Virus record (IMG/VR): IMGVR_UViG_3300032232_000840
Coordinates: 3,717 to 67,716 of that record
DNA: 64,000 nt
DNA from: a virus
Lineage: Duplodnaviria; Caudoviricetes
Reading direction: 5' to 3' (one strand)
Positions within the stretch are counted from its first letter, which is position 1. Each line of letters begins with the position of its first letter. The notes below the pieces were generated by a model that saw nothing but the letters and a program-made list of their open reading frames with translations, ran no database searches and was not told where the DNA came from. The position numbers and the translations under genes were made by a program. Below are positions 28,901 to 37,207 of the stretch, in pieces.

Positions 28901-31900
28901 TCGAGTAAGCGATCTCAAGGACTTTCTCAGACTCGATCTCCCCTTCGACTTGCTCAAGGGCTACCAACTCCCCCTCGCTTCTTTCGATAGCAGCGTAGGC
29001 TTTTTCAATTCCTTGAGCTTCGTAGGCAGAGGTATCTACTGACTTAGCTTGAGGATTAGGATTTGACAGTTCGTCCTCGACTTTTTGTGCGGCATCCGAA
29101 ATCTGCTTATACTCCTCATCGCTAATACCTAGTCGGTCAGCGATCTCTGATTTACCGAGCATTCTGGCTAGAGCTAGACGGCGCACCAAGGGTACGTCTG
29201 GACGCCCCATGTGAGCAATGGCTCTACTGACTAAAGCAGCAGTAGAGTTCTGCTGCGCCCCCGAAATCTTGTTGGGATCAGTGCCTACAAAGGTTCCCCC
29301 GATAGTTGCATCGCCATCACCTACAGGAGCATCTAGCGAGGTGCTGGAATTTACAGCGGCGGAAGTCTGTGACGCAAATTCTCCTTCCTCGGTGCGCTTG
29401 TTAATCCAGGCTACGGCCTGCTCCACACTTCCCGTAGGCATACCCTGCTCCTCGTACTTAGTAAGCGTATTGCGGCTGCGACCAGTTGCCCGACTAATGG
29501 CTGAGATGTTACGGGTTAAAACTGGAGTATCAGCATCCAACTGATCCTTGACGGGTTCCGGCAAGGTATTGAGATCCACGTAGGTAACGATTCCATTCTC
29601 AAGAGTCACCTCTCTCAATTTCATCGTGCCAGTCTCTTGTACTCCAAGATCCCTCCACTGGGCTCCCTTGAGCGATGCTACCCCTTCTCCGTCAGCCAAG
29701 CCCGCTTGGTCGAAGGTCTTAGCCATCGGGTTGTTGAGATCTGTCCTGGAGTAACGCTCTGGGTCTAAGCGGTAATCTTTTTTCATATCCCCGATCTCCT
29801 TGGAGATAGCGTCCCTCTCCTTGCTGTCGGTAGATTTCGATAGTTGATCCCTTAGCGACTCAAACCTCTCGAAGTATTCTTGGGACTCCTGATCTTTGTA
29901 CCAGTAGTTAGGGACTTGAGATTCAGCTACAGGTTCTTCTGGAAGGGTCTCGGCGACTGGCTCCTCCACCGAAGTCTCTACAACAGGTTCTTCCACGACA
30001 GGAGGCTCCACAACCGTCTCTGGCCTCGTGATCTGAGCCTTTGCTAAATTGTTAAGGTGCTTCTGAACATCAGCCACCGTTATTTTGAGAGGCTGGCCTT
30101 TCTTGTTGATTCGTACAGGTACGTCCTGAAGATTAATTTTTTCACTCTGCGCTAATTCAACTGCTTTCGGTGAAGCGTTGATCTCGACGGGGGGCTCAAA
30201 GTCTTCAATATCATCCTGTGACTCTGTGACTGGTTCCTCTGTCACCTCTTCGCCTTCAGATAGCCATTTCTCTTCCAGCCACTTCTCCAAGTCAAAAGGC
30301 GCAATTCCATCTGGGCGGGGTGCGCCGTTCTCTCCGGTAATCCTAAGAGCTGGAGCGACTGGCTTCTGACCAGTACGTGCCTCAATCTCACGACTGATCT
30401 TTTCTTTGATAGAGTTGTTGGCGGCGGAGGCTTTCCTGACGCTCATCTCGGCGTGCAGCTCTTGAAGCAGAGGTACATCCTCTGCTCGTATCGCAGCATC
30501 GACTAACTGGGAGACTGATGGGATTGGCTTCCCCGTGCGCTTGCTAACCTTAGGTTCATTCGCGTACAGATCGGCAAACCTGCGATTCTCTACGTACTGC
30601 TCCGGAGTGCGGCCTTGAGCCTGTCTCTCGGCGGGGGTTACAGGAGCTTGACTCTTCTTGGCCTCTTCCAGCTCGCGCAGGATTCCGTCTGTATGGAAAG
30701 TGAGGTTCTGGGGCTTCTGAGCCAAGGCGGCTGCGTGGAGGGCTACCCGCCCTTCCGGTGTCGCTGGATCGATCTCAGGTTCGACCGCGTCGGTTGGTAA
30801 GGCAGCAGGGGTCTCGGTAGCACCCGATACATCCGGTAGGGCCGGAGCGGGTTCTACCGAAGATGCTAAAGGGCTTTTTCCATCGGTGCCCCCTACCTTA
30901 TTCAATTCGTCAATTACACCTTGCGGGTCTTTAGCTATGCGCTCTTTCAGCAGCATGAGGGACCCAGTGTCTAACTTGTCGGTATCTTCTCGCGGTATAT
31001 CGTCAGCCGTTAAAGTTCCTTTTTTCTTCAGGATATGCTGCAACCGAATTGCGATTAGCTCTTGCGTATCCTGATCTATCCCCCTGCTATCGAATAAGTA
31101 TTTAGTAGATGGGCCGACATTATCCGGATTTGTAGTCGTGGTTTCTTCAACCCTATCCGCCGCCATTTTCTTTGCGGCCTCGGCACGTGCAACCCTTTCG
31201 GCTTCTTCTTTAGCCAGTCGAGCGGCCTCTGCTTTTCGAGTGGCCTCTGCCGCAGCTTCTGCTGTTGCTGGGGAATTAGATGCCAGCAAGTCGTCAACTT
31301 GACTCTCGATGTTTGAGTCACCTGGTGGGATGTAGGTCTCAGTGGCCTGCTCGACTGCCCCAGAGGCAGCTCCTCCCTTGGTTTTGTAAGGGTTGAGGAA
31401 CACCCCGCCTGGGCCAACCCAAGGTTTGACCGCCAGACCAGCAACACCCTTGAGAGCTGCTGTGCCAGGATCTTCTCCTTCGGCAATGCCCATGCCTGTC
31501 ATAACGCTAACGCCAGCGGCTCCGCCCAGTGCGTGCCCAAATTGTTCAGCGGCCTCTTGTTGAGCCTTTCCGGCTGCAATGGCTTCTGGAGTCAAGGTCG
31601 TGGTACCGGGAATCACGGCCTTGGTTGCCCTCTCTACCTCTTCACGGGCTTCCTTGCTGCCGATCTGCTTGGCAATGGTAGCGATCCCTTTGCGTCCGGC
31701 CTGAGTTCCTAGAGCCTTGACTGATCCAGCAAGGGCAGAAGCACTTGGCTTACCCATGCCGACCAGAGATCCGGCAAAAGTAGAGACTGGATTAGCCTTA
31801 TAATCGGCCTGAGCCGACTTGGTTCCCATGAATGACTCTGGAGCAATTTCATCGGAAGCCATATCTTGGAGCTTACGAGCCCCCATGCCGAAACCGATAC

Positions 31901-32192
31901 CTCCCGCCAGAGCCCCTATAGGAACGGCAACGGGGGCGAGGGGACCAGTTAGAGCACCAGCGGCTGCGCCAGTACCCATTGCTCCCAAGAGACCCGCTAC
32001 TCCAGGGATGACACTACGTCCTGCCTCACGGCCAAAAGATCCAAGCTGCGAGGGCGTTTCTTCCGGCGTCTCAACCTCCTTTTCTTCTGGCTCTTGAGTG
32101 GCGGAGGAGGGGGCAGCGTATTTAGTCCACGGCCCCTCTTTAGTTTTGTCGCTTGACGAGGCGTATCTTTCCCAAGGTTTTTGGTCGGACAT
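22947..32192 (-). CDS. Giant (3081 aa) polyvalent internal virion/ejection protein
   Basis: Position at the end of the structural module. Recognisable PSBD-like, HTH, sigma3.2-4-like, zincin-like (EEVLH) and polyvalent-kinase-like (ESEHQVY...EDVHEEN...DP) segments, then a long helical C-terminus. Confidence 0.8.
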   Translation of the reverse strand: MSDQKPWERYASSSDKTKEGPWTKYAAPSSATQEPEEKEVETPEETPSQLGSFGREAGRSVIPGVAGLLGAMGTGAAAGALTGPLAPVAVPIGALAGGIGFGMGARKLQDMASDEIAPESFMGTKSAQADYKANPVSTFAGSLVGMGKPSASALAGSVKALGTQAGRKGIATIAKQIGSKEAREEVERATKAVIPGTTTLTPEAIAAGKAQQEAAEQFGHALGGAAGVSVMTGMGIAEGEDPGTAALKGVAGLAVKPWVGPGGVFLNPYKTKGGAASGAVEQATETYIPPGDSNIESQVDDLLASNSPATAEAAAEATRKAEAARLAKEEAERVARAEAAKKMAADRVEETTTTNPDNVGPSTKYLFDSRGIDQDTQELIAIRLQHILKKKGTLTADDIPREDTDKLDTGSLMLLKERIAKDPQGVIDELNKVGGTDGKSPLASSVEPAPALPDVSGATETPAALPTDAVEPEIDPATPEGRVALHAAALAQKPQNLTFHTDGILRELEEAKKSQAPVTPAERQAQGRTPEQYVENRRFADLYANEPKVSKRTGKPIPSVSQLVDAAIRAEDVPLLQELHAEMSVRKASAANNSIKEKISREIEARTGQKPVAPALRITGENGAPRPDGIAPFDLEKWLEEKWLSEGEEVTEEPVTESQDDIEDFEPPVEINASPKAVELAQSEKINLQDVPVRINKKGQPLKITVADVQKHLNNLAKAQITRPETVVEPPVVEEPVVETSVEEPVAETLPEEPVAESQVPNYWYKDQESQEYFERFESLRDQLSKSTDSKERDAISKEIGDMKKDYRLDPERYSRTDLNNPMAKTFDQAGLADGEGVASLKGAQWRDLGVQETGTMKLREVTLENGIVTYVDLNTLPEPVKDQLDADTPVLTRNISAISRATGRSRNTLTKYEEQGMPTGSVEQAVAWINKRTEEGEFASQTSAAVNSSTSLDAPVGDGDATIGGTFVGTDPNKISGAQQNSTAALVSRAIAHMGRPDVPLVRRLALARMLGKSEIADRLGISDEEYKQISDAAQKVEDELSNPNPQAKSVDTSAYEAQGIEKAYAAIERSEGELVALEQVEGEIESEKVLEIAYSMKESEILSESEFEELLFKSDEQDNEGRRSTSPEELLELLKDRLEATKERLSAAEKIWSQTEGLEESVVGQSSYLSRVSERADRIADMDFTPDQLMDNVVGNGKFEVSPLRSIDTGGRAQRSKKTREIIKQINKLEEYYEQKQVPEWEKIKDIMHQTGDLPWEEDQLPFGMETFVLHALSANEMPPDLTLIERNKANGTIDPYRAGAEAIERLRDSVRGSALESKLEGALERLSKFNSFADPLRDQLFRELRDIDNEQLNAIDTGSQGDRVAETRGEPIRVTHAEDVLYDLANNPEHDSMVNVVAQFLLKKFAGSGKLLRIPVDVHDRLEAGVLGEYDPATGRIALTKDSAAETILEEVLHSLTADRNLPPEIQRLFKTIQAEAVKKGLTSKELWTRAADPTVLNKQESDAFHYAFSNPHELLAAALKNREVRDALNNLEIRDSITGKLVSAWKYLKGELIKWLGFNVKKDSALDQYLNKMFDHMSEREYGEPTLDTESGSGVLYQKVNPNNSQNEKISINPSDIRDSYIKRQYGATTKELPERIAQDLVRTSDGSNLQAALEVSQRSLSGLRPNSKTSEAFRKAAHAAEADALEKWAKENGLFISEDEFNRRWEEQGKRGESEHQVYFDEETQTWWKRNTLNFHDGSLTAYLERIAAQRYLFPELAPKFKGFTTFEGELMPVISQPDAVGSEPTELEITNSLKARGFKEVFETGKGMSKAHQLAIDAGLKPPALPEPKRVGFYNEELNLWLEDVHEENAKKLSNGEIGVFDPVTYFVGREPFQQAQGGKLRAISITPQKPKPTRALEKDLLTADPEVRAMMAGKTYIPESFKQWIDVAEDWITTRVQAGDSNKDIARMLLSGATNGLNTEPEIATAKYVVAQQAKVLKWALEKQIKSAGVKTIADEVQLAEYTTTGNQLTRELSEKATASGKMLAVFRMISRNMNGRYIIDEYLSPIFKQQAAKLSGDKTAQELKTAVQASIETGAEETVGRARTLIRKIFASSKEVQDGFAQSVFDFFDAVRDPDNTSPSKNSTPLGIQYAEKAAASLAKKIAGSVGKESKVNGPALEILQKNIHQEISARMREVFKGIEEKPEFNREAAVKALAEGLDISELSERAFNSAREAILVNPDAKISPAQRAALEGAKFDGGAMKKAQDLLRREVVFRDVVKKTLSDRNASREALIGEIITNSDLSPEQAVRVAESLRQTYEFEAHKSAKTQLDALLKNKADRDARAGIKQIKESDIQKMLKLVNLGAFTEERFYNAISDSYKLPTWDERFSAQIEKEAAEVQALPEGQYRNQRTGDLLNKIATKRTQEVLGKWKSVEGISKILDITTAAWQAGVLSGPPTQMVNLGGSHISVVTETFMESLGYLWQTGDSRYIADGLSTIYGSFLGKRSRQEIGRALQEGTTQYRVNQMEGASHLENLDPADYKGVAGLVASYASKLKYVGRAMLALDAMNMVSADEAKQRMATRFFLEHKQGRSTEQVNEIIRDLFYPDQKVTEGVRATAEKEAAEGMYGADSGNQKKWIERRVSELLQNRREEVYKGVTEQGSNFAEHATYNEGAHGILGRFVAGFASQMNSELKVTKFVLSFMNTLSNIMNQSLDYTVWGALRAKNMSPSQRSFSENSKYAPRKFEEGSPEQSAQFAKSILGTTAFMSLAYLAYKGLLEEQEGKVPFFAIHGAGPRNSMDKQQLKDTQKWEPNSVCIGGHFYRYVDWPALGILLGGLGSGFDTIRYKKDEQTTSEVAWAAALSSASTVLDKNMLSGVTNLFEALRATNPTQQTSSLKRLAGGTVAGFTNPGLVRWARNTFGMDKDGQVARLDTGTTEGWLYSMVPASIGYNTPALNTLGEPIKQPWYSATTWRFVNASNMAPHPIISPIIKAGLILPNPSKATEFRYLDAQGAIVKSKMGKYPEVNRRFVQLRGEAMKEMLTPEMIDQLSQYARENKNLAQDYLDSKIGNAARNHAVKQIEAEILGGKLKLG

Positions 32193-32197
32193 ATAAG

Positions 32198-34468
32198 TTA
32201 AATTTTTACCCAGTTCTTTTGATCGGCAGGATCGCCACCTTTGAATTTGTGCCCGTCCACTACCTCCCCGATTTTAGGTGCTTTGACCTCTTCTGCGGTC
32301 TTAGCTTCTACAGGGGCGGTGGCGGCGGTGGGGTTAAGAATCCCTTTCTCCTCTTCATTGTACCGATCTAGCTCCGCCTCGATGGCAGCCATATCCGCAT
32401 CTCGGGTTTTGCCTCCGCGCATAGTGTCGGCTTTGTATTTGTCGAGTCTGTCATTCGCTTGTCTCCTCAGTCGGTCGATACGATCCTTGGCCTGAGCGGT
32501 CTTCTTATCGGCTTTTTCTTCCGCTTGGTTCTCAGCAGCCTTCTCAGCAATCTTCAGCTTGTCGGCGCGAGTTTCTGTATTGGAGACATTGTTGGCGGTT
32601 CCGGCCACGTCAGCAGCCTGCTTTCTTGCACGCTCGTTTTGGCGAAGGTCGGTAACCGATCCGCCCATATTCTGCCCGACCGCATAGTTGACCAGTTCTG
32701 GCATCGCGGTTCCTCGGAGAGCCTGCATTGCCATATCGTTCGTAAGCAGTGAACTACCCAGCGCATTGATACCCGTAGACTTAGGTAGGAACCTTGCAGC
32801 AAGCTCGGGATTGGCTTTAAGCTGCTCATCAGTAACTCCATTGGCCTTTGCCATACCCGCTGCGGCCTTACCAATGTTTGCATCAATCTGAGCACCCCTA
32901 AGAGGATTGCCATTGGTACGTGGTGCGCTTGCCGCTTCCATAGCGTTCTTAGCGGTATACTGATCCCAACGGGCTTTCTCTGCCTGAGCTGTGGGAGAGT
33001 TTCGCATTGCTTCGGCCTGCTTAGAAACTTCAGCTTGGAAATCTTTCGTGGTTGGTAGACCAAAAGTATTATCGCTCTTAGACGCAAGAACTTCACGGGC
33101 CTTGGCATCGGCATCTCTACCAGCGTTGTATTGAGCAACGCTCTCTGGGGTAGCCGTTACGTTTGCAGGTCCAGTGGTGAAGTTCTCGTCTGGCTCGCTA
33201 GGAGCCGAGCGATCCACAACTACTGGTACTCGATTGAATCCAGGTTTAGCGGCGGCGGCGTCCAGCTTCGTCAAGAGATCTCCGAATGAGGGTTCCTTAG
33301 TGCTATTGTACTCGGCGATCCGCTTCTCGATCACACTGGCAGGCGTATTCCGATCAATGATGCCACGGCGATTGAGCTCCGTAAGAGCTTGCGTTAGGTC
33401 TGGCGTTGCCGTGATGCGAGCATTGATCTCCTTCTGGATGTTAGAATTTATGCTCCCCTCCATAGGGCCCGATTCCTTTGCGATACGATTAGCGTTATTC
33501 TCCAAGAACTGCTTCGCTGGAACTCCCTCGATAAGCTCTCCCTTTGGAGTACCCCTTGGGATCACACCGCTAAGATCTTGGTAGTTCAGGACGTTACTTG
33601 CTACAGTTTGAGGGTTGAGAACAGATTGCGCTGGCTGTACCGATCCACCTCTAGGTTTGCCCATAGTTACGGTGCCCCCACCCGCAGGGTGATAAGTAGT
33701 CGTTCCATCAAGGTTCCTTTCGCTCCGAGTAATTCCTCCCGAAGACTCGTAGAGACCCTGCACCCTTCCAGATCCATCGCTCATTGAACCAGCCTGAGGA
33801 ATGATTGCGTTACCTTTGCTATCAGACGGGAGAGTACGATCCACCCCGTCATTTCCTCTAGCAAGAACTCCAGCCGCACGAGCCGCCTTATCCTCGTCGT
33901 GCTGACGGAAAACATTCTGGACATTTGTTATGCCAGCCATGCCGCGATCATATTCGTTCTGTGCCGCTCTAGAATCGACGCCGTGGTTCTGCCCATAGGC
34001 GAGCCTCCACTTGAGCATATCCATATTCCGCTGCATCATGTCGGGAGCGTAGATCTTAGGTTGCGCTGCTTCGGGGGCAGAAGCTACCTCTGGAGTGGTC
34101 GCTTCAGCGGCTGCTGTTGACGGGGCTACTGGGGCTGAGGGAGTTGCCCAAGTAGGCTGCGGGAATTGAGGGCTCCCAGGAATAGCCGCCATTTCACGAT
34201 CTTTTCTAGCCCAAGGGTTATCACCCATCACAAAGTTCTTAATGCCCTTACCAACCGTAACTATAGGAGCCTCAGACTTAGCTTGAGGGGAGTCATTCGG
34301 ACCTACTGGCTTTATTCCTGCTGCCCGTAGCTTATCCGCATAAGTCTGAGGCGTCCCGTAATCCGTAACGCTGGGCGAAAGCAAGCCGTCGCCCATAGGC
34401 TTACCTTTGGCGGCTTCAGCCTCTTGCTTTTTCTTCTCTTCTTCGGACATGGGTGTGGTAGCTGCCAT
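32198..34468 (-). CDS. Probable internal virion/ejection protein
   Basis: 756 aa, Ala/Pro/Lys-rich with a coiled C-terminus; directly upstream of the giant gene. Confidence 0.6.
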   Translation of the reverse strand: MAATTPMSEEEKKKQEAEAAKGKPMGDGLLSPSVTDYGTPQTYADKLRAAGIKPVGPNDSPQAKSEAPIVTVGKGIKNFVMGDNPWARKDREMAAIPGSPQFPQPTWATPSAPVAPSTAAAEATTPEVASAPEAAQPKIYAPDMMQRNMDMLKWRLAYGQNHGVDSRAAQNEYDRGMAGITNVQNVFRQHDEDKAARAAGVLARGNDGVDRTLPSDSKGNAIIPQAGSMSDGSGRVQGLYESSGGITRSERNLDGTTTYHPAGGGTVTMGKPRGGSVQPAQSVLNPQTVASNVLNYQDLSGVIPRGTPKGELIEGVPAKQFLENNANRIAKESGPMEGSINSNIQKEINARITATPDLTQALTELNRRGIIDRNTPASVIEKRIAEYNSTKEPSFGDLLTKLDAAAAKPGFNRVPVVVDRSAPSEPDENFTTGPANVTATPESVAQYNAGRDADAKAREVLASKSDNTFGLPTTKDFQAEVSKQAEAMRNSPTAQAEKARWDQYTAKNAMEAASAPRTNGNPLRGAQIDANIGKAAAGMAKANGVTDEQLKANPELAARFLPKSTGINALGSSLLTNDMAMQALRGTAMPELVNYAVGQNMGGSVTDLRQNERARKQAADVAGTANNVSNTETRADKLKIAEKAAENQAEEKADKKTAQAKDRIDRLRRQANDRLDKYKADTMRGGKTRDADMAAIEAELDRYNEEEKGILNPTAATAPVEAKTAEEVKAPKIGEVVDGHKFKGGDPADQKNWVKI

Positions 34469-34469
34469 A

Positions 34470-35303
34470 TTATTTAAGATTCACGCCGCTTTGACCGGGT
34501 AGCATGGAGGTACGTCGCTTGTTCTGACCCTGACCTAGGGTTCCGTGCGCTGCGTGGTTGGCGGAGTCTCCTACGCGGCCAACTGCGTTCGAGATAGAAC
34601 CGAAGAGTCCGCCGAGATGACTATTCTCTCGGTATCCCCGTCCAGAATTCGGAACCTGCTGCATGGGAGCAGCAGCGATTTCACCAGGGCGATGATGTCG
34701 GGGGTAGTTTACGATTCCGTGTGCAACTGGCATCCCATTGGCGATTCCATTCTGAGGGGAGATCGTTGAGTGCGCCGTCGCGGTCGGAGGAGTAAGATTT
34801 AAGATGCGGTTGGACGGGGCGATTGTCTGCGAAGCAGATGGAGGTTCCGTAAGCCCGTTGACAACCGGAGAACTGATTTGAAGACTGCTTGGGGGAGTAG
34901 AGGGATTGCTAACCGGAGCGGCGTAAGGCTGCATCCCAGCATCGGGGAGAGGGAGGTTGGACTGAGTGGGCTGGAGATTTATTACCCTCCCCTGACCTTC
35001 AGATTCATAGCCCGCTACTGGGCCGACCCCGCTGTTCATTGGCAAAAAGGGGTTTCTGTACTGGAAATCAGATGATGGGGGGAGCATTGAGCTGGACGCA
35101 ACACTACCGGGGACATAAGCCTGCTGAGACTGAATGCTGGTTCCGGTATAAGGGTTGGTGCGAGCAGCCTCCCAAGAGTGAAGTGGAGCCTCACCCGAAC
35201 TACTTGGAGCGTTGATCGGAGTAGCCTGCCCAGTCTGTGCCCGACCAATTCGATTGGTGTTTCTCTTATCTGCTTCTGATTCTTGGGTTCCGGATGTGTC
35301 CAT
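34470..35303 (-). CDS. Low-complexity Pro/Ser-rich probable virion protein
   Basis: 277 aa, flush with neighbouring genes in the structural operon. Confidence 0.55.
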   Translation of the reverse strand: MDTSGTQESEADKRNTNRIGRAQTGQATPINAPSSSGEAPLHSWEAARTNPYTGTSIQSQQAYVPGSVASSSMLPPSSDFQYRNPFLPMNSGVGPVAGYESEGQGRVINLQPTQSNLPLPDAGMQPYAAPVSNPSTPPSSLQISSPVVNGLTEPPSASQTIAPSNRILNLTPPTATAHSTISPQNGIANGMPVAHGIVNYPRHHRPGEIAAAPMQQVPNSGRGYRENSHLGGLFGSISNAVGRVGDSANHAAHGTLGQGQNKRRTSMLPGQSGVNLK

Positions 35304-35315
35304 AATAGTTGGGGG

Positions 35316-36317
35316 TTAGTATCTAGCAGGAATCCGCATTGCGGCTCCGATGGGGTTCATTTGCAAAGTGATCACGGGATTTCCCATGTCTTCCTTCAGC
35401 TCCGCGTTAAGCAGTTGAATCGCTTTCTGGAAATAGGTCTCGGCACGCTCCATGTCGTTCTTGTCCTCGTACTGGAGGCTCATGAGAACGAGTTTCAGGG
35501 CACCCTCGTTGCCGGGGATAATGAGAGTCTCGTCATCGGCTTCGTTTACCAGTTCGACAAAACGACGTTTGCAGAGGCAGTTTAGTCGGCTTGCGAACTC
35601 GCCACCGGAAACCTTGTACCGCTTGTAGCTAGGTACTGTTTCAGTGGGCTCGTAATCGGCGATCTTGCACTTGAGAGAAGAGTTGCCGTGGTTCACTGCA
35701 AACAGGTTCACGGTCCCCTCAGTCACTGGCTTGTGGATAGAAACTATTTTAGCGACTAGAGAGGGGAGTGTAACCCCCTCGGCGGTAAGCGTGACCGAGA
35801 GCCAAGCATTTCCCTGAGTATTGAAAATGTCGTTCCCGTTCACATCGACTGCGGAGATCTTGACCACCTGACCGATGTCGTTTCCATCAGTGATCTCGAA
35901 GCGGGGGTAGAACTCTGCGGTAGGCTCGTTGTAGGTGACGAAGCCGTCCCCCATATCAATGATCATCTGCATCCCTGTGCCCGCGTTCACCTGACCGGAG
36001 CCTCCTGCGATATACTCCTGCCAGCGTGGGTAGACCAGACGTGGGAGACCGGGCATATCGCCCGTGGCGAACTGGACGCCGAGCACCGATTGGAACTGGC
36101 GAGGTAGAGTCACGTACTTGACGGCCTCTGAAGTCCACCACTGGGTGGGATCGTCGGTGTTAGCCATCGAGACTGGCGCGATTAACCCCTTCCACTTTCC
36201 GCTGCCGTAAATTCGCTCTAGCGCAGAGTTAATTCGATCGGTTACCAGGGCAGCATCAAGCGTCGGAGAGACGTACTTGAAGAGCTTTGTTCGGGCTTGA
36301 TCGAGAGTTAGTGCCAT
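35316..36317 (-). CDS. Probable head-tail adaptor / tail tubular protein
   Basis: N-terminal helix (DRINSALERI), beta-rich middle and C-terminal helices (ALKLVLMS..AETYFQKAIQLL), as in podovirus adaptors. Confidence 0.55.
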   Translation of the reverse strand: MALTLDQARTKLFKYVSPTLDAALVTDRINSALERIYGSGKWKGLIAPVSMANTDDPTQWWTSEAVKYVTLPRQFQSVLGVQFATGDMPGLPRLVYPRWQEYIAGGSGQVNAGTGMQMIIDMGDGFVTYNEPTAEFYPRFEITDGNDIGQVVKISAVDVNGNDIFNTQGNAWLSVTLTAEGVTLPSLVAKIVSIHKPVTEGTVNLFAVNHGNSSLKCKIADYEPTETVPSYKRYKVSGGEFASRLNCLCKRRFVELVNEADDETLIIPGNEGALKLVLMSLQYEDKNDMERAETYFQKAIQLLNAELKEDMGNPVITLQMNPIGAAMRIPARY

Positions 36318-36434
36318 AGAAAGGGGTGGAGGTGAGACAGACGACCAACATCACCAGCCTTTCTAAGGGCTATCGCCGTTAAAACTGCATTAAGTAGTGC
36401 GGTATGTCAAGAAAAAGGTGTTGTATAAGATACC

Positions 36435-36725
36435 TTATTCAGACGGAGTAACCGGACCCCACTTAGGCGGGTTTAAGGGACAGGAAGTAGTAGCCATCCG
36501 CAGCTTTGCTTGAGTTGAGCATCCGCATTTATTGCAAGATCCAGTCCCTCCAAATCCCGATGGATTCCAGAACTCACAGCCTTTGCAAATAACTAGCCTT
36601 TCTTCTAGCTGCTCTGGTGTAGTGGTCTTGAACCCATTGATGGCAAACTCAGATGCAGCCTCAAAGAAAGAGGAGGCTTCGTTTGTTAACCTTACAGCCC
36701 TTTCAAATATTTTTGTTTCGATCAT
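36435..36725 (-). CDS. Small Cys-rich protein
   Basis: RL.IC.GC...C.KCGC...KL.....CP...KW. Confidence 0.75.
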   Translation of the reverse strand: MIETKIFERAVRLTNEASSFFEAASEFAINGFKTTTPEQLEERLVICKGCEFWNPSGFGGTGSCNKCGCSTQAKLRMATTSCPLNPPKWGPVTPSE

Positions 36726-37201
36726 TCAAAATAGAATTTGCAGGTGAGATCTATGCCATACGCCCCACCCCAATAAGCATTGAAGGTGGCATACTGAATG
36801 CTTAGTTTAATCTTTCCTCCAGATGTTGTTTCAACGAATGGCGTGAGGGTTCCTTGAACTCCGCATGAGCGACAGTTGCCTGTAAGGTCGCAAGTTAAAG
36901 AACTCCCATTTCCAGTGATTGTTCCGCGATCATCAAACCATGCGTACACATCGGCTTTTGGAGTTTTAGATTCAGCGCAGCATTGAGAAAATTCATCTGA
37001 ATAAAGTGTTCCAGTTATAGTTCCATTAACGCAACTAGGAATTTTGTTTGAACGATAGCAATCTCTATTGTTAGGTCCACCACTTATGTTAGGGCATACA
37101 TCCAGCCCAACGAGTTTCTTATAGGCCTTTTCACTGGCGCAATATGGTTCACAGTCGCACACTCCAGTTGATGGATTTAATGTAGGTAACTTAATAGCCA
37201 T
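36722..37201 (-). CDS. Cys-rich probable tail-associated protein
   Basis: About 12 Cys; stop/start overlap with the neighbour. Confidence 0.6.
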   Translation of the reverse strand: MAIKLPTLNPSTGVCDCEPYCASEKAYKKLVGLDVCPNISGGPNNRDCYRSNKIPSCVNGTITGTLYSDEFSQCCAESKTPKADVYAWFDDRGTITGNGSSLTCDLTGNCRSCGVQGTLTPFVETTSGGKIKLSIQYATFNAYWGGAYGIDLTCKFYFE

Positions 37202-37207
37202 GACATC

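Noticed and set aside
22947-32192. Virion RNA polymerase or lytic transglycosylase in the giant protein
   Set aside because: I found no DFDGD-type or T7-like polymerase motifs and no clear transglycosylase motif by eye.
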